Shown here piece after piece: positions 1 through 8,820 of a stretch of 64,000 bases of DNA. Below the pieces are notes generated by a model that saw nothing but the letters and a program-made list of their open reading frames with translations, was not told the DNA's origin and did not search any database. The translations under genes were made by a program, and so were the position numbers. Each line of letters opens with the position of its first letter. Position 1 is the first letter of the stretch. The DNA comes from Acidimicrobiia bacterium. Its GTDB lineage: Bacteria > Actinomycetota > Acidimicrobiia > Acidimicrobiales > CADCSY01. The stretch is taken from the NCBI GenBank assembly GCA_050249235.1, contig JBFWQW010000005.1:1044-65043 (forward strand), read 5' to 3'.

Positions 1-1
1 A

Positions 2-208
2 CCTGCGGGCGAGCCGGCTCCCGGTGCCGGCGCTCCGCCCATCGAGGACGCGCCCCCCGTCGCCTACGTCGCCGCCCTCGTCGTCTACATGGCGCTCGGC
101 TACCTGCTCGGGTCCGTCGTCCTGAACTGGATCGTCGGCCCGCTGTTCCTGCTGCTGGTGCTCCACCTCGTGCCGAAGGCGTGGCCGGCTCGGTCCCGTC
201 GACCATGA
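2..208 (+). CDS. C-terminal end of a membrane protein (5' partial, runs off the window)
   Basis: The frame is open from the window edge and has high GC3. The tail is hydrophobic: ...VAYVAALVVYMALGYLLGSVVLNWIVGPLFLLLVLHLVPK. The TGA at 206-208 overlaps the ATG of the next gene (ATGA). Confidence 0.45.
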   Translation, partial: PAGEPAPGAGAPPIEDAPPVAYVAALVVYMALGYLLGSVVLNWIVGPLFLLLVLHLVPKAWPARSRRP

Positions 209-1077
209 GCTGGGCCGCCCACGAGTTCGAGAACTACTTCCTGCAGCGCCACGTCGGCCTGAAGGCGTCGTTCCTCGGGATCTGCGTCGGCACCTTCGCG
301 CCCGACCTGTTCACCAAGGCGCTCGTGTACCAGGCCGACGACCCGGCCCAGTTCCACCGGGGCTGGCCGGGCGTGGGGTTCACCCACTCGCTGGTCTTCG
401 GCGTCGCCTTCGCCCTCGTCGTCCTCACCCTCACCAAGAGCCGGAGCTGGGCGGCCGGCATCCTCATCGGCCAGTGGGCCCACGTCTTCACCGACGTCGC
501 CGACACCGCCGGCGTGATGCCCTTCTTCCCGTTCTCGGCGGAACCGGTGACGATCAGCATGTGGAAGCACGCCGCCGGCGAGGGCCGCTACGGCGACGCC
601 GCCGCCTACTACTCGAGCCTCGGCCTGGCCTGGGACCTCTTCTGGCTGGTCGTCGTGGTGCTCTTCGCCCGGCGGGCGCTGCGAAGCGACTACTTCCGCC
701 AGACCGTCCTCGCCGCCGACCCCCGGGCGTGGGGGTGGCTGGCGCGCCACTTCCACCTGTCGGAGAAGGGCCTGCTGCTGCTCTACCGGGGCTTCTTCTT
801 CTACGGCCTGGGCCGCATGGCGTCGTGGTTCCTCTTCGCCCGGTTCTCCGAGCGGACCCCGCTCCAGCTGGTCTGGGGCGGGCCCCGCTACGTGCCGGGC
901 ACCGACCTGTCCGACGCCGGCTGGGTCGAGGTGGCGGTGCGCACCGGCATCGGCGGGCTGCTCTTCGCCGGGTTCCTCTGGCTCCTCTGGCGCACCGTCG
1001 CCAGGCGCCTCTGGGAGCGGGCCGGGGATCCACCGCTCGTCGAACGGGGCCCCGGCCTCCGGGCCGTCCTCGAGTGA
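205..1077 (+). CDS. Membrane-bound metal-dependent hydrolase-like protein (YdjM/DUF457-like)
   Basis: The protein is polytopic and hydrophobic, with His/Asp motifs inside helices (GFTHSLVFG, WAHVFTDVADTAGV). I chose ATG 205 over the GTG 181 given in the ORF track because of the ATGA coupling to the upstream gene. Confidence 0.6.
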   Translation: MSWAAHEFENYFLQRHVGLKASFLGICVGTFAPDLFTKALVYQADDPAQFHRGWPGVGFTHSLVFGVAFALVVLTLTKSRSWAAGILIGQWAHVFTDVADTAGVMPFFPFSAEPVTISMWKHAAGEGRYGDAAAYYSSLGLAWDLFWLVVVVLFARRALRSDYFRQTVLAADPRAWGWLARHFHLSEKGLLLLYRGFFFYGLGRMASWFLFARFSERTPLQLVWGGPRYVPGTDLSDAGWVEVAVRTGIGGLLFAGFLWLLWRTVARRLWERAGDPPLVERGPGLRAVLE

Positions 1078-1107
1078 GCGTTCCGCACGCCTGACAACCC
1101 CGGGGTC

Positions 1108-1344
1108 GTGATCCGGGGGACGCTGACCACCCACGAGGCCATCGACGTCCCCAAGCGGCTGTTCGTCTCGCCCGGGAGCCTCGCCACCCGCACCGATCTG
1201 GGCGACGGTGGCTTCGGCAGGATCCAGTTGGCCTGGTTCGACCACTTCCTCCGCGTTGCCGACAACGGCGTGCTCGACGAGGCGCCGGTGCGCCTCTGCC
1301 TCATGGGTCGCGAGGAGTACGTGGACGAGCCGGCCTGGCCGGGC
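1108..1344 (+). pseudogene. Internal fragment of a CocE/NonD (peptidase S15 / X-Pro dipeptidyl-peptidase-type) hydrolase
   Basis: The segment KRLFVSPGS...IQLAWFDHFLRVADNGVLDEAPVRLCLMGREEYVDEPAWP matches the conserved junction (wFDhwLkG-dnG...pVr.fvmG...W....WP) of a ~550-650 aa family. Only about 80 aa are present. The rest of the 199-aa ORF is low-complexity and overlaps a convincing minus-strand gene. Confidence 0.45.
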
Positions 1345-1349
1345 CGGGC

Positions 1350-2144
1350 TCAGCCGCCGGCGCCGGCAGGCGCCGGCTCGGGTGAGCGGGCCGGCGGGTC
1401 GTTCAAGGCGGCCTCGTGGGCGGCCAGGAGGTCGGGGAAGGCGGACACCTTGCCGTCCCAGCCCGTGACCACGACGTCGTGGCGACCGAGGGCGGCCGCC
1501 ATCCACGCCTGCTTGGCCTTGGTGCGGGCCACCGGGCCGTCCGACGCGGTCACGCCCGCCAGCACGACCGTCGCCTCGAAGCGCTTGCTGGTGAGCGACA
1601 GGCGGCGGGCCTCGACGGAGGCGGGCGCCAACACCTCGTCACGGAGGCGGTCGGGGTCGACCCCGGTGCGCTCGAGGAACTGCTCGTCGTCCTTCAGGTC
1701 GAGGTAGGCGGCCTCTGCCTCCGCCCTCGCCTCCTCGGTCGACACCGAGACCCCCGCCCGGCCAGCTTCGACGGCGAGGAGCCGCTGGTAGGCGATGGCG
1801 GCCAACCCTGCGCCGACGACGTCCTCCTCCTCGACGCCCAGGCGGTCGTTGAGGGAGGCGACGTTCCGCATGGCCCGGGTGAGGGCGACGTCGCTCATCG
1901 GCTCGCCGTCGACGGCGAGCCGGAGCGTCGAGACCACGGCGTCGACCGCGGCGCAGGCCGGTCCGGGCTCGACGCAGAGCTGGGCGTCGGCCGCTGCCGT
2001 GGCCGTGTCCACCGCCGCCCCCTTGCCCGCCGCCTCGGGGCCCGCTGCGCCGTCCGAGCCGGCGTAGACGACGCCGAGACCGGCGGCGAGCAGGGTGCCG
2101 GCCGCGAGCGCGCCGACCAGGATCCTCTTCGGAGAAGCGTTCAT
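1350..2144 (-). CDS. Secreted hypothetical protein (signal peptide; possibly SurA-N/chaperone-like)
   Basis: I placed the start at ATG 2144 (MNASPKRILVGALAAGTLLAAGLGVVYAGS, a signal-like N-terminus). This start overlaps the stop of the lectin gene by 4 nt (ATGA). Charged helical segments such as VSTEEARAEAEAAYLDLKDDEQFLERTGVDPDRLRDEVL follow. The family assignment is tentative. Confidence 0.6.
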   Translation of the reverse strand: MNASPKRILVGALAAGTLLAAGLGVVYAGSDGAAGPEAAGKGAAVDTATAAADAQLCVEPGPACAAVDAVVSTLRLAVDGEPMSDVALTRAMRNVASLNDRLGVEEEDVVGAGLAAIAYQRLLAVEAGRAGVSVSTEEARAEAEAAYLDLKDDEQFLERTGVDPDRLRDEVLAPASVEARRLSLTSKRFEATVVLAGVTASDGPVARTKAKQAWMAAALGRHDVVVTGWDGKVSAFPDLLAAHEAALNDPPARSPEPAPAGAGG

Positions 2145-3049
2145 GACACCACCGGGTAGGTCGGCTGGGCAGTGGAGGGGGCGACCATCGGATCGAGGGC
2201 GTAGACGAGGAACCGCCCGGAGACCCGGTGGTTCGACGGCGGGGACCACTCCATCCATTCGGCGTAGGGCGACGAGTCCCGGCACTGGAAGTAGTCGCCG
2301 GTGGCGATGCAGGCGTAGTTGGACGCACCGAACTTGTTGGACGACGTGCCGTAGACGTTGTGCACCGACCAGGTGGTGATCCGCATGTCACCGCCGGAGC
2401 TCCCCTCCCAGATGTGGTTGTAGTACCGGTCGAGGAACAGCTCCCGGACGAAGTAGCCGTGCTGCCAGAACACCCGGACGGACGAGAACAGGTCGACGTT
2501 GACGGCCCAGAAGCAGATCTCGCCGCACACGAGGGTCGGCCAGTCGGTCCAGGTGACGGCGTTCTCGCCCCACTGGATGGGCGCGTAGACGCCGTTCGCC
2601 CAGATCGGGGTCCCGCCCGCCGAGTAGACGACGACGTTGGCGTCCCACTGCAGGATCAGCAGGCCGCCGGGGTTGCCGGAGGTCCCGGTCCACCAGATCG
2701 GGACGTTTCCCGGGGCATAGATGACGAGGTTGCCGTCGCTCTGCATCCGGAGGATCGAACCCGGGTTGCCCCAGGTGGACGAGTCCCACATGACCGTGCC
2801 GGTGACGCCCCGGAGGACGAGGTTGCCGTCGGTCTGCATGGTGAGCCTGGCCATGACCAGACCGGTCGCACCGTCGACCTGCACCAGCGACTGGTTCGCG
2901 GTCAGGGTCTCGTTGGGATGGAGCACGAAGCTGCCGGCCGCGGCAGACGCCGGCGTGGCGCCGCCGATCACCAGCGGGAGCGAGAGGGCGACCGAGGCGA
3001 TGGTCGCCAGCAGGCCGCGGTGTCGTCTCCGCCGTCGTTGGACCTCCAA
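2141..3049 (-). CDS. Secreted bulb-type (GNA/MMBL, B-lectin) mannose-binding lectin domain protein with an unassigned C-terminal domain
   Basis: The N-terminus is Arg-rich and signal-like (MEVQRRRRRHRGLLATIASVALSLPLVIGGATPASAAAG). Three QxDxNxVxY-type subsites are present: MQTDGNLVL, MQSDGNLVIY and LQWDANVVVY. A ~150-aa W/Y-rich domain with 4 Cys follows, and I cannot assign it to a family. Confidence 0.8.
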   Translation of the reverse strand: MEVQRRRRRHRGLLATIASVALSLPLVIGGATPASAAAGSFVLHPNETLTANQSLVQVDGATGLVMARLTMQTDGNLVLRGVTGTVMWDSSTWGNPGSILRMQSDGNLVIYAPGNVPIWWTGTSGNPGGLLILQWDANVVVYSAGGTPIWANGVYAPIQWGENAVTWTDWPTLVCGEICFWAVNVDLFSSVRVFWQHGYFVRELFLDRYYNHIWEGSSGGDMRITTWSVHNVYGTSSNKFGASNYACIATGDYFQCRDSSPYAEWMEWSPPSNHRVSGRFLVYALDPMVAPSTAQPTYPVVS

Positions 3050-3117
3050 GGAACCTGCCTCCTCCGCTGCTGCCGAGCAGGCCCGTCCTGCCCTCCGTGA
3101 CGATCGGGTTCGACCTC

Positions 3118-3165
3118 GGGTCTCCCCTGGGTCAGGTCTCGCCTGGATCAGGTCTCCCCTGGGTC
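3118..3165. repeat. 16-bp tandem direct repeat x3 (rGGTCTCsCCTGGrTC)
   Basis: Read directly: gggtctcccctgggtc / aggtctcgcctggatc / aggtctcccctgggtc. The array starts 69 nt upstream of the lectin start codon, in the divergent intergenic region shared with the ABC exporter. An AT-rich tacttatagatag follows at ~3189-3201. Confidence 0.85.
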
Positions 3166-3276
3166 GCCCCTGCCGTCGGGATGGAACGCTACTTATAGAT
3201 AGCGCAGGTCGTCAAGGGCCGAAAGGCTTCAACACCGGAAGGACCGGGCGCCCGGCGCCGCTCGTAGCCTCGCCTG

Positions 3277-5241
3277 GTGATCCCCGGCCACCCCCCGATC
3301 GGCCCCCCGGCCGGCGTGCGCCTCCGTCGCTCGGCCCGCGACCCCGGCGGGCCCGGAGCCCGGATCGACCGCCGCCTCGCCGCCCGGGTGTGGGCCTTCG
3401 CTCGCCCCTACAAGCGGCGCCTGGTCGGCTTCCTCGCCCTGATCGCCGTCGGGGCCCTCGTCGACCTGGTGCCGCCGCTCGTCTTCCGGGCCATCGTGGA
3501 CGACGCCATCCCGTCCGGCGACGGCGACCAGGTGCTCCGCCTCGGCCTGGTGGCACTCGGCGCCGTCGTGACCTCGACCGCCCTCGACGTCGTGCAGCGG
3601 TGGCTGTCCGCCACCATCGGCGAAGGGCTGATCTTCGACCTCCGCACCGCGCTCTACGACCACGTCCAGCGCATGCCGGTGGCCTTCTTCACCCACACCC
3701 AGACCGGTGCGCTCAGCAGCCGGATGAACGGCGACGTGATCGGGGCCCAGCGGGCCCTCACCGGCACGGTCGGCCAGGTCGTGGCCCAGCTCCTCACCCT
3801 GGTGCTCACACTCGTCGCCATGCTGGCCCTGAACTGGCAGCTCACGCTGCTGGCCCTCGGCCTGTTTCCCCTCTTCTTCCTGCCGGCCACCCGGGTCGGT
3901 CGCCAGATGCAGGCCATCACGCGGGAGGGCATGGAGCTCAACGCGGCGATGAACACGACCATGGTCGAACGCTTCAACGTGGCCGGCGCCGTGCTCGTGA
4001 AGCTGTTCGGGCGCCGCGACGCCGAGGTCGAACAGTTCCGGCGCCGGGCCGGTCGGGTGCGCGACATCGGGGTCCGCAGCGCCGTCGTCAGCCGCCTCTA
4101 CGGCGGGGCCCTGGCGCTCGTCGGCAGCGTCGGCCTCGTCGTCGTCTACTGGGTCGGCGCCCGCCAGGTGATCAGCGGGGCGATGACGCTCGGCACCCTC
4201 ATCGCCATGGCTGCCTACGTGTCGCGCATCTACAGCCCGCTGACGGGCCTGGCCAACGCCCACCTCGACGTGCTGCTGGCGTTCGTGTCCTTCGACCGCG
4301 TCTTCGAGCTGCTGGACGCGCCGGTGCTCGTCGACGACCGCCCCGGCGCCACCGAGCTCGAGGCGCCCAAGGGCCGGGTCGAGCTCGACGGGGTGTGGTT
4401 CCGCTACCCCGCGCCGGCCGAGGTGTCCGTGGCCTCGCTCGAGGACACCGGCGCCGACCTCCACGGCGGCGGCCACGGCGGCGGCGACGGTGGCGGCCAC
4501 GGCGGGAGCGGGAGCGTGAACGGCGCCAACCGGGTCCTCGACGGGCGGGAGGGGGTCGCCGTCCTGCGGTCGGTGTCGGCCACGATCGAGCCGGGCTCGA
4601 TGGTCGCGCTGGTCGGCCCGTCCGGCGCCGGCAAGACGACGCTGGCCACGCTCGTGCCCCGTCTCTACGACGTGACGGGCGGCGCCGTCCGGGTCGACGG
4701 CCGGGACGTGCGCGACGTCACGCAGCGAAGCCTCCGGGCGGCGATCGGGGTCGTCACCCAGGACCCCCACCTGTTCCACGACACCGTCGCCGTCAACCTG
4801 CGCTACGCCAAGCCGGACGCCACCCCGGCCGACCTCGAGGCCGCCTGCCGGGCGGCCCGGATCCACGACGTGGTGGCCGCCCTCCCCGACGGCTACGACA
4901 CGCTCGTCGGCGAGCGGGGCTACCGCCTGTCCGGCGGCGAGAAGCAGCGGCTGGCCATCGCCCGGATGCTGCTCAAGGACCCCGCCATCGTCATCCTCGA
5001 CGAGGCCACCAGCCACCTCGACGCCGAGAACGAGGTACAGGTGCAGGAAGCCCTGGCCCAGGCGCTCGTCGGCCGGACGTCGATCGTGATCGCCCACCGC
5101 CTCTCGACCATCCAGGCCGCCGACCAGATCCTCGTGCTCGACGCCGGCGAGATCGTCCAGCGGGGCACCCACGGCCAGCTCCTCGCCGCCGGTGGCCTCT
5201 ACGCCGACCTCTACCGCACCCTCCTCCGCGACGCCGTCTGA
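3277..5241 (+). CDS. ABC transporter, fused permease/ATP-binding protein (type I exporter, MsbA-like)
   Basis: Six-helix TMD followed by an NBD with Walker A (GPSGAGKTT), the signature LSGGEKQR, and Walker B (IVILDEATS). The exact start is uncertain because GTG 3277 has no clear SD. There is an atypical Gly/His-rich insertion before Walker A. Confidence 0.9.
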   Translation: MIPGHPPIGPPAGVRLRRSARDPGGPGARIDRRLAARVWAFARPYKRRLVGFLALIAVGALVDLVPPLVFRAIVDDAIPSGDGDQVLRLGLVALGAVVTSTALDVVQRWLSATIGEGLIFDLRTALYDHVQRMPVAFFTHTQTGALSSRMNGDVIGAQRALTGTVGQVVAQLLTLVLTLVAMLALNWQLTLLALGLFPLFFLPATRVGRQMQAITREGMELNAAMNTTMVERFNVAGAVLVKLFGRRDAEVEQFRRRAGRVRDIGVRSAVVSRLYGGALALVGSVGLVVVYWVGARQVISGAMTLGTLIAMAAYVSRIYSPLTGLANAHLDVLLAFVSFDRVFELLDAPVLVDDRPGATELEAPKGRVELDGVWFRYPAPAEVSVASLEDTGADLHGGGHGGGDGGGHGGSGSVNGANRVLDGREGVAVLRSVSATIEPGSMVALVGPSGAGKTTLATLVPRLYDVTGGAVRVDGRDVRDVTQRSLRAAIGVVTQDPHLFHDTVAVNLRYAKPDATPADLEAACRAARIHDVVAALPDGYDTLVGERGYRLSGGEKQRLAIARMLLKDPAIVILDEATSHLDAENEVQVQEALAQALVGRTSIVIAHRLSTIQAADQILVLDAGEIVQRGTHGQLLAAGGLYADLYRTLLRDAV

Positions 5242-5242
5242 T

Positions 5243-5295
5243 CCGTTCCTCGTCGACGCCGCCGGGGCTGTTCCGGCTCCGTCGACGAAGAACGG
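5243..5295. terminator. Long hairpin between convergent genes (candidate bidirectional terminator)
   Basis: ccgttcctcgtcgacg (5243-5258) pairs with cgtcgacgaagaacgg (5280-5295), 15 of 16 positions. It lies between the ABC exporter stop (5241) and the nfo stop (5304). There is no clear U-tract. Confidence 0.5.
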
Positions 5296-5303
5296 GGGTC
5301 AGA

Positions 5304-6074
5304 TCAGAGGCGCTCGGCGAGGAAGGTGATGTCGTCGGCGACGCCGGCGAGTGGGGTCTCGCAGATGACGGCGGGGGCGCCGGCGCCGCGGATGACCTCG
5401 ACGAGCACGCCCGGGTCGATCGTGCCGGCGCCGAGGTGCTCGTGACGGTCGCGGCCCGAGCCGGCGCCGTCCTTCGAGTCGTTGGCGTGCACCAGGTCGA
5501 CGCGACCCGTGATGGCCCGGATGCGCTCGGCCGCGCCGGCCATGGCCTCGCCGGCGGCATGGGTGTGGCAGGTGTCGAGGCAGAAGCCGAGCCCGAGCGG
5601 ACCGACGGCGTCCCAGAGCCGGGCGATGGTGTCGAAGTGGCGGGCCATGGCGTGGTCGCCGCCGGCCGTGTTCTCGAGGTAGAGCGGGACGTCGGTCTCC
5701 AGCTCCTTGACGGCCTTCACCCAGCGCTCGACCCCCACCTCGACGTCCTCGTCCGGACCGGTGTGGCCGCCGTGGACGATGACCGCGGTGGCGCCGATCT
5801 CGGCCGCGCCCGCCATCGTCTGCTGGAGGATCTTCCGGCTCGGGATGCGGATCCGGTTGTCGGGCGAGGCCACGTTCACGATGTAGGGGGCGTGCACGTA
5901 GACCGGGATGGTGGCCGCTCGCAGGGCGGCCGCGTCGTCCCTCGGCTTCGGCTTCTTCCACGACTGGGGGTCGGAGAGGAAGAGCTGGATGCAGCCGGAG
6001 CCGGTGGCTTCGGCGGTGACCAGCGGGTCGTCCATCTTCACGTGGGCCCCGATCGGGGGTGGCGTGGCTCCCAT
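5304..6074 (-). CDS. nfo: Deoxyribonuclease IV (endonuclease IV, AP endonuclease family 2)
   Basis: IGAHV near the N-terminus, then [32 protein letters not shown], and HANDSK...[10 protein letters not shown], which are the metal-ligand motifs of endonuclease IV. Confidence 0.9.
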   Translation of the reverse strand: MGATPPPIGAHVKMDDPLVTAEATGSGCIQLFLSDPQSWKKPKPRDDAAALRAATIPVYVHAPYIVNVASPDNRIRIPSRKILQQTMAGAAEIGATAVIVHGGHTGPDEDVEVGVERWVKAVKELETDVPLYLENTAGGDHAMARHFDTIARLWDAVGPLGLGFCLDTCHTHAAGEAMAGAAERIRAITGRVDLVHANDSKDGAGSGRDRHEHLGAGTIDPGVLVEVIRGAGAPAVICETPLAGVADDITFLAERL

Positions 6075-6154
6075 GACCCCAGTGTCGCACCCTGCTGGCA
6101 GGATGACCCGGTGACCCCGCCCCGCCCCGTCGACGGCCCCGGAGCCGGGCCGCG

Positions 6155-7423
6155 GTGAGCCAGCCCGCCCTCTTCGAGGAGGCGGCCGAGGAGCCCACCT
6201 TCGCCGTGGGCGAGCTGGTGGCCCGGGTCTCGCGGGCGGTGGCCTCGGCGTTCCCGGCCGAGCTGTGGGTGCGGGGCGAGGTCCACGGCTTCCGCCCGCC
6301 CAACCAGTCCGGGCACGTCTACTTCGAGCTGTGCGAGCGCAACAACCGGCGAGGGCCGGCGTCCACCCTCCCGGTGGCGCTGTTCCGCACCGAGCGCCTC
6401 CGGATCGAGCGCCTGCTCGCCGACTGGCCGGACTTCGCCCTCGCCGACGGCATCGAGGTGCGGGTGAAGGGCCGGGTGAGCTACGGCTACGGGCGGGTCT
6501 CGCTCGTCATGTCGGCCGTCGACCCGGTCCACACCCTCGGCCGGCTGGCGGCCGACCGCCAGCGGGTGCTGCGAGCCCTCGCCGCCGACGGCCTGCTCGG
6601 TGCCAACGCCGCCCTGGCCCTGCCGGTGCTGCCGCTGCGGGTGGGGCTGGTCACCAGCGCCGGCAGCGCCGCCTACGAGGACGTGCTCGGCGAGCTCACC
6701 GCCTCCGGCATCGGCTTCCACGTGCTCGTCGCCGACGCCCGGGTGCAGGGCAGCGGCGCCGAGGCGTCGATGCTCCGGGCCCTCGGCGCCCTCCGGCGTA
6801 CCCGGTGCGACGTGGTGCTCCTGGTGCGGGGCGGCGGCTCGCGCACCGATCTCGTCGCCTTCGACGGCGAGCGCCTGGCCCGGGCCGTCGCCGCCATGCC
6901 GGTGCCGGTGCTGGCCGGGGTCGGCCACGAGATCGACAACTGCGTGGTCGACCAGGTGGCAGCCCGCTCGTTCAAGACGCCCACCGCCTGCGCGGCGGCG
7001 GTGGTGAGCCGGGCCTCCGAAGCGATCGACGGGGCCGAGGCCGCCTGGCAGGGGGTGGCCGACCGGGCCGGGCGGGCCCTCGCCGGGGCCGAGCGGCGCC
7101 TGCTGGCGGCGTCGTCGTCCGTGTCGGCCGAGCGCACCGAGGCCACGCTGCGGCGGTCGGACGCCGGTCTCGACCGCTCGGTCGCCCGCCTCCGCCACGC
7201 CGCCGTCGGCCTGCTCGACCGGCGCGAGGCCCGGCTCGGCGTGGCCGCCGCCCACGCCGGCGCGGCCGACCCGGCCAGGGCCCTGGCCCGGGGCTGGAGC
7301 CTCACCCGCACCGTCGACGGGCGCCTCGTCCGCGATCCCGCCGACGTCTCGCCCGGCGAGACCCTCGTGACCCGGCTCGCCGGCGGCACCCTGCGCAGCA
7401 CCGTCGAGGAGACCGACCCGTGA
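6155..7423 (+). CDS. xseA: Exodeoxyribonuclease VII large subunit
   Basis: N-terminal OB fold ([12 protein letters not shown]...[25 protein letters not shown]), then [15 protein letters not shown] and RGGGS. It is followed by xseB with a GTGA overlap. Confidence 0.9.
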   Translation: MSQPALFEEAAEEPTFAVGELVARVSRAVASAFPAELWVRGEVHGFRPPNQSGHVYFELCERNNRRGPASTLPVALFRTERLRIERLLADWPDFALADGIEVRVKGRVSYGYGRVSLVMSAVDPVHTLGRLAADRQRVLRALAADGLLGANAALALPVLPLRVGLVTSAGSAAYEDVLGELTASGIGFHVLVADARVQGSGAEASMLRALGALRRTRCDVVLLVRGGGSRTDLVAFDGERLARAVAAMPVPVLAGVGHEIDNCVVDQVAARSFKTPTACAAAVVSRASEAIDGAEAAWQGVADRAGRALAGAERRLLAASSSVSAERTEATLRRSDAGLDRSVARLRHAAVGLLDRREARLGVAAAHAGAADPARALARGWSLTRTVDGRLVRDPADVSPGETLVTRLAGGTLRSTVEETDP

Positions 7424-7674
7424 CCGACCCCACCGACCCCACCGACCCGAACGACGTCGGCGACGGGGAGTCGATCGCCTACGTCGACGCGCTGGCCGAG
7501 CTCGAGGCCATCCTCGCCAGCCTCGAGCGCGACGAGCCCGACGTCGACCAGCTGGCCGAGCGGGTGGCTCGGGCGGCCTGGCTCATCCGGCTCTGCCGGG
7601 GTCGCATCGCCGCCGCCCGCCTCGAGGTCGAGCGGGTGGTCACCGACCTGGGCGACACCGGGTCGCCGCCGTGA
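7420..7674 (+). CDS. xseB: Exodeoxyribonuclease VII small subunit
   Basis: An 84-aa helical protein (YVDALAELEAILASLERDEPDVDQLAERVARAAWLIRLCRGRI). GTG 7420 overlaps the xseA stop. This is the tail of ORF 6265..7674 in the track. Confidence 0.85.
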   Translation: MTDPTDPTDPNDVGDGESIAYVDALAELEAILASLERDEPDVDQLAERVARAAWLIRLCRGRIAAARLEVERVVTDLGDTGSPP

Positions 7675-8720
7675 ACGGCCAGGCTGGGGGCGTGCCGGAC
7701 ATCGCCGCCCTCGTCGAGGCCAGGGTCCAGGAATTCCTCGACGAGGAGGAAGCCCGCTGGGCCGCGGTCGACACCGACCTGGTCGAGCCCCTCCGCCACC
7801 TCCGCTCGCTGGTCCGGTCGGGGGGCAAGCGGCTCCGGCCCACGTTCTGCTACTGGGCCTACGTGGGCGCGGGCGCCACCGACCTCGGACGGGTCGTCGA
7901 CGCCGGCGCGGCCTGCGAGCTCCTCCACGCCTTCGCGCTGCTCCACGACGACGTCATGGACGACTCCGAGCTGCGCCGGGGCCAGCCCACCGCCCACCGG
8001 GTGTACCGCCAACGCCATGCCGATGCGGCCTGGCGGGGCGAGGCCCGGCGCTTCGGGGAGGGCATCGCCATCCTCATCGGCGACCTGGCCTTCGTCTACG
8101 CCGACCGCCTCGTCGCCGGCATCGACCCCCGGGCCCGGGCGGTGTGGGACGACCTGCGGACCGAGATCAACATCGGCCAGTACCTCGACATCCTCGGCAC
8201 GGCCCGCAACGGCGCCGACCTCGAGACGGCCCGCCTCATCGCCACCTACAAGTCCGGCAAGTACACGATCGAGCGGCCCCTGCACCTGGGCGCGGCCCTC
8301 GCCGGTCGGCTCGACGACCTGGCCGGGCCGCTGTCGGCCTACGGCCTGCCCCTCGGGGAGGCCTTCCAGCTGCGCGACGACCTCCTCGGCGTGTTCGGCG
8401 ACGCCGCCGCCACCGGCAAGCCCGTCGGCGACGACCTCCGCGAGGGGAAGCCGACGGTGCTGGTGGCCCTGGCCCGCCAGCGGGCCGACGCCGGCCAGGC
8501 CGGCGCCCTCCGGCGGGTGGGCCGGCCCGACCTCGACGACGCCGACATCGCCGAGCTGCAGGAGGTGCTGCGGGCCACCGGTGCGGCGGACGAGGTCGAG
8601 CAGCGCATCGGCGACCTCGAGACCACCGCCCTGGCCGCCCTGCGGACCGCCGACCTGACCGTGGAGGCCACCGACGCCCTCGAGGCGCTGGCCGCCCAGG
8701 TGGCCTGGCGCGACCGGTGA
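7671..8720 (+). CDS. Polyprenyl (geranylgeranyl/farnesyl-type) diphosphate synthase
   Basis: Both Asp-rich motifs are present (LLHDDVMDD and FQLRDDLLGVFGD), along with GKRLRP. The GTG start overlaps the xseB stop. Confidence 0.9.
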   Translation: MNGQAGGVPDIAALVEARVQEFLDEEEARWAAVDTDLVEPLRHLRSLVRSGGKRLRPTFCYWAYVGAGATDLGRVVDAGAACELLHAFALLHDDVMDDSELRRGQPTAHRVYRQRHADAAWRGEARRFGEGIAILIGDLAFVYADRLVAGIDPRARAVWDDLRTEINIGQYLDILGTARNGADLETARLIATYKSGKYTIERPLHLGAALAGRLDDLAGPLSAYGLPLGEAFQLRDDLLGVFGDAAATGKPVGDDLREGKPTVLVALARQRADAGQAGALRRVGRPDLDDADIAELQEVLRATGAADEVEQRIGDLETTALAALRTADLTVEATDALEALAAQVAWRDR

Positions 8721-8820
8721 GCCAGCCGGCCGAGGCGGCCATGCCCGCCATGCCCGCCGTGACCGCACCGGCCGGCGGCTGGGCGACGCCGCCGCCCGTC
8801 CCCCGACGGCGGGAGGAGCC

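Noticed and set aside
1108-1707. The full 199-aa plus-strand ORF as a real gene
   Set aside because: Only the first ~79 codons resemble a protein family. The remainder is Ala/Arg/Ser-rich and overlaps the well-supported minus-strand gene 1350..2144.
2721-6158. A 1145-aa ORF in the track, together with similar giants at 13595..16126, 14926..16920, 7479..9386, 19719..22169, 43173..45767, 50079..52217 and 61582..63759
   Set aside because: These are typical high-GC shadow ORFs. Their translations are Arg/Pro/Gly/Ala-rich low complexity, and they run antisense or out of frame to genes with clear family motifs (ABC exporter, nfo, ACADs, esterase, MFS and others).
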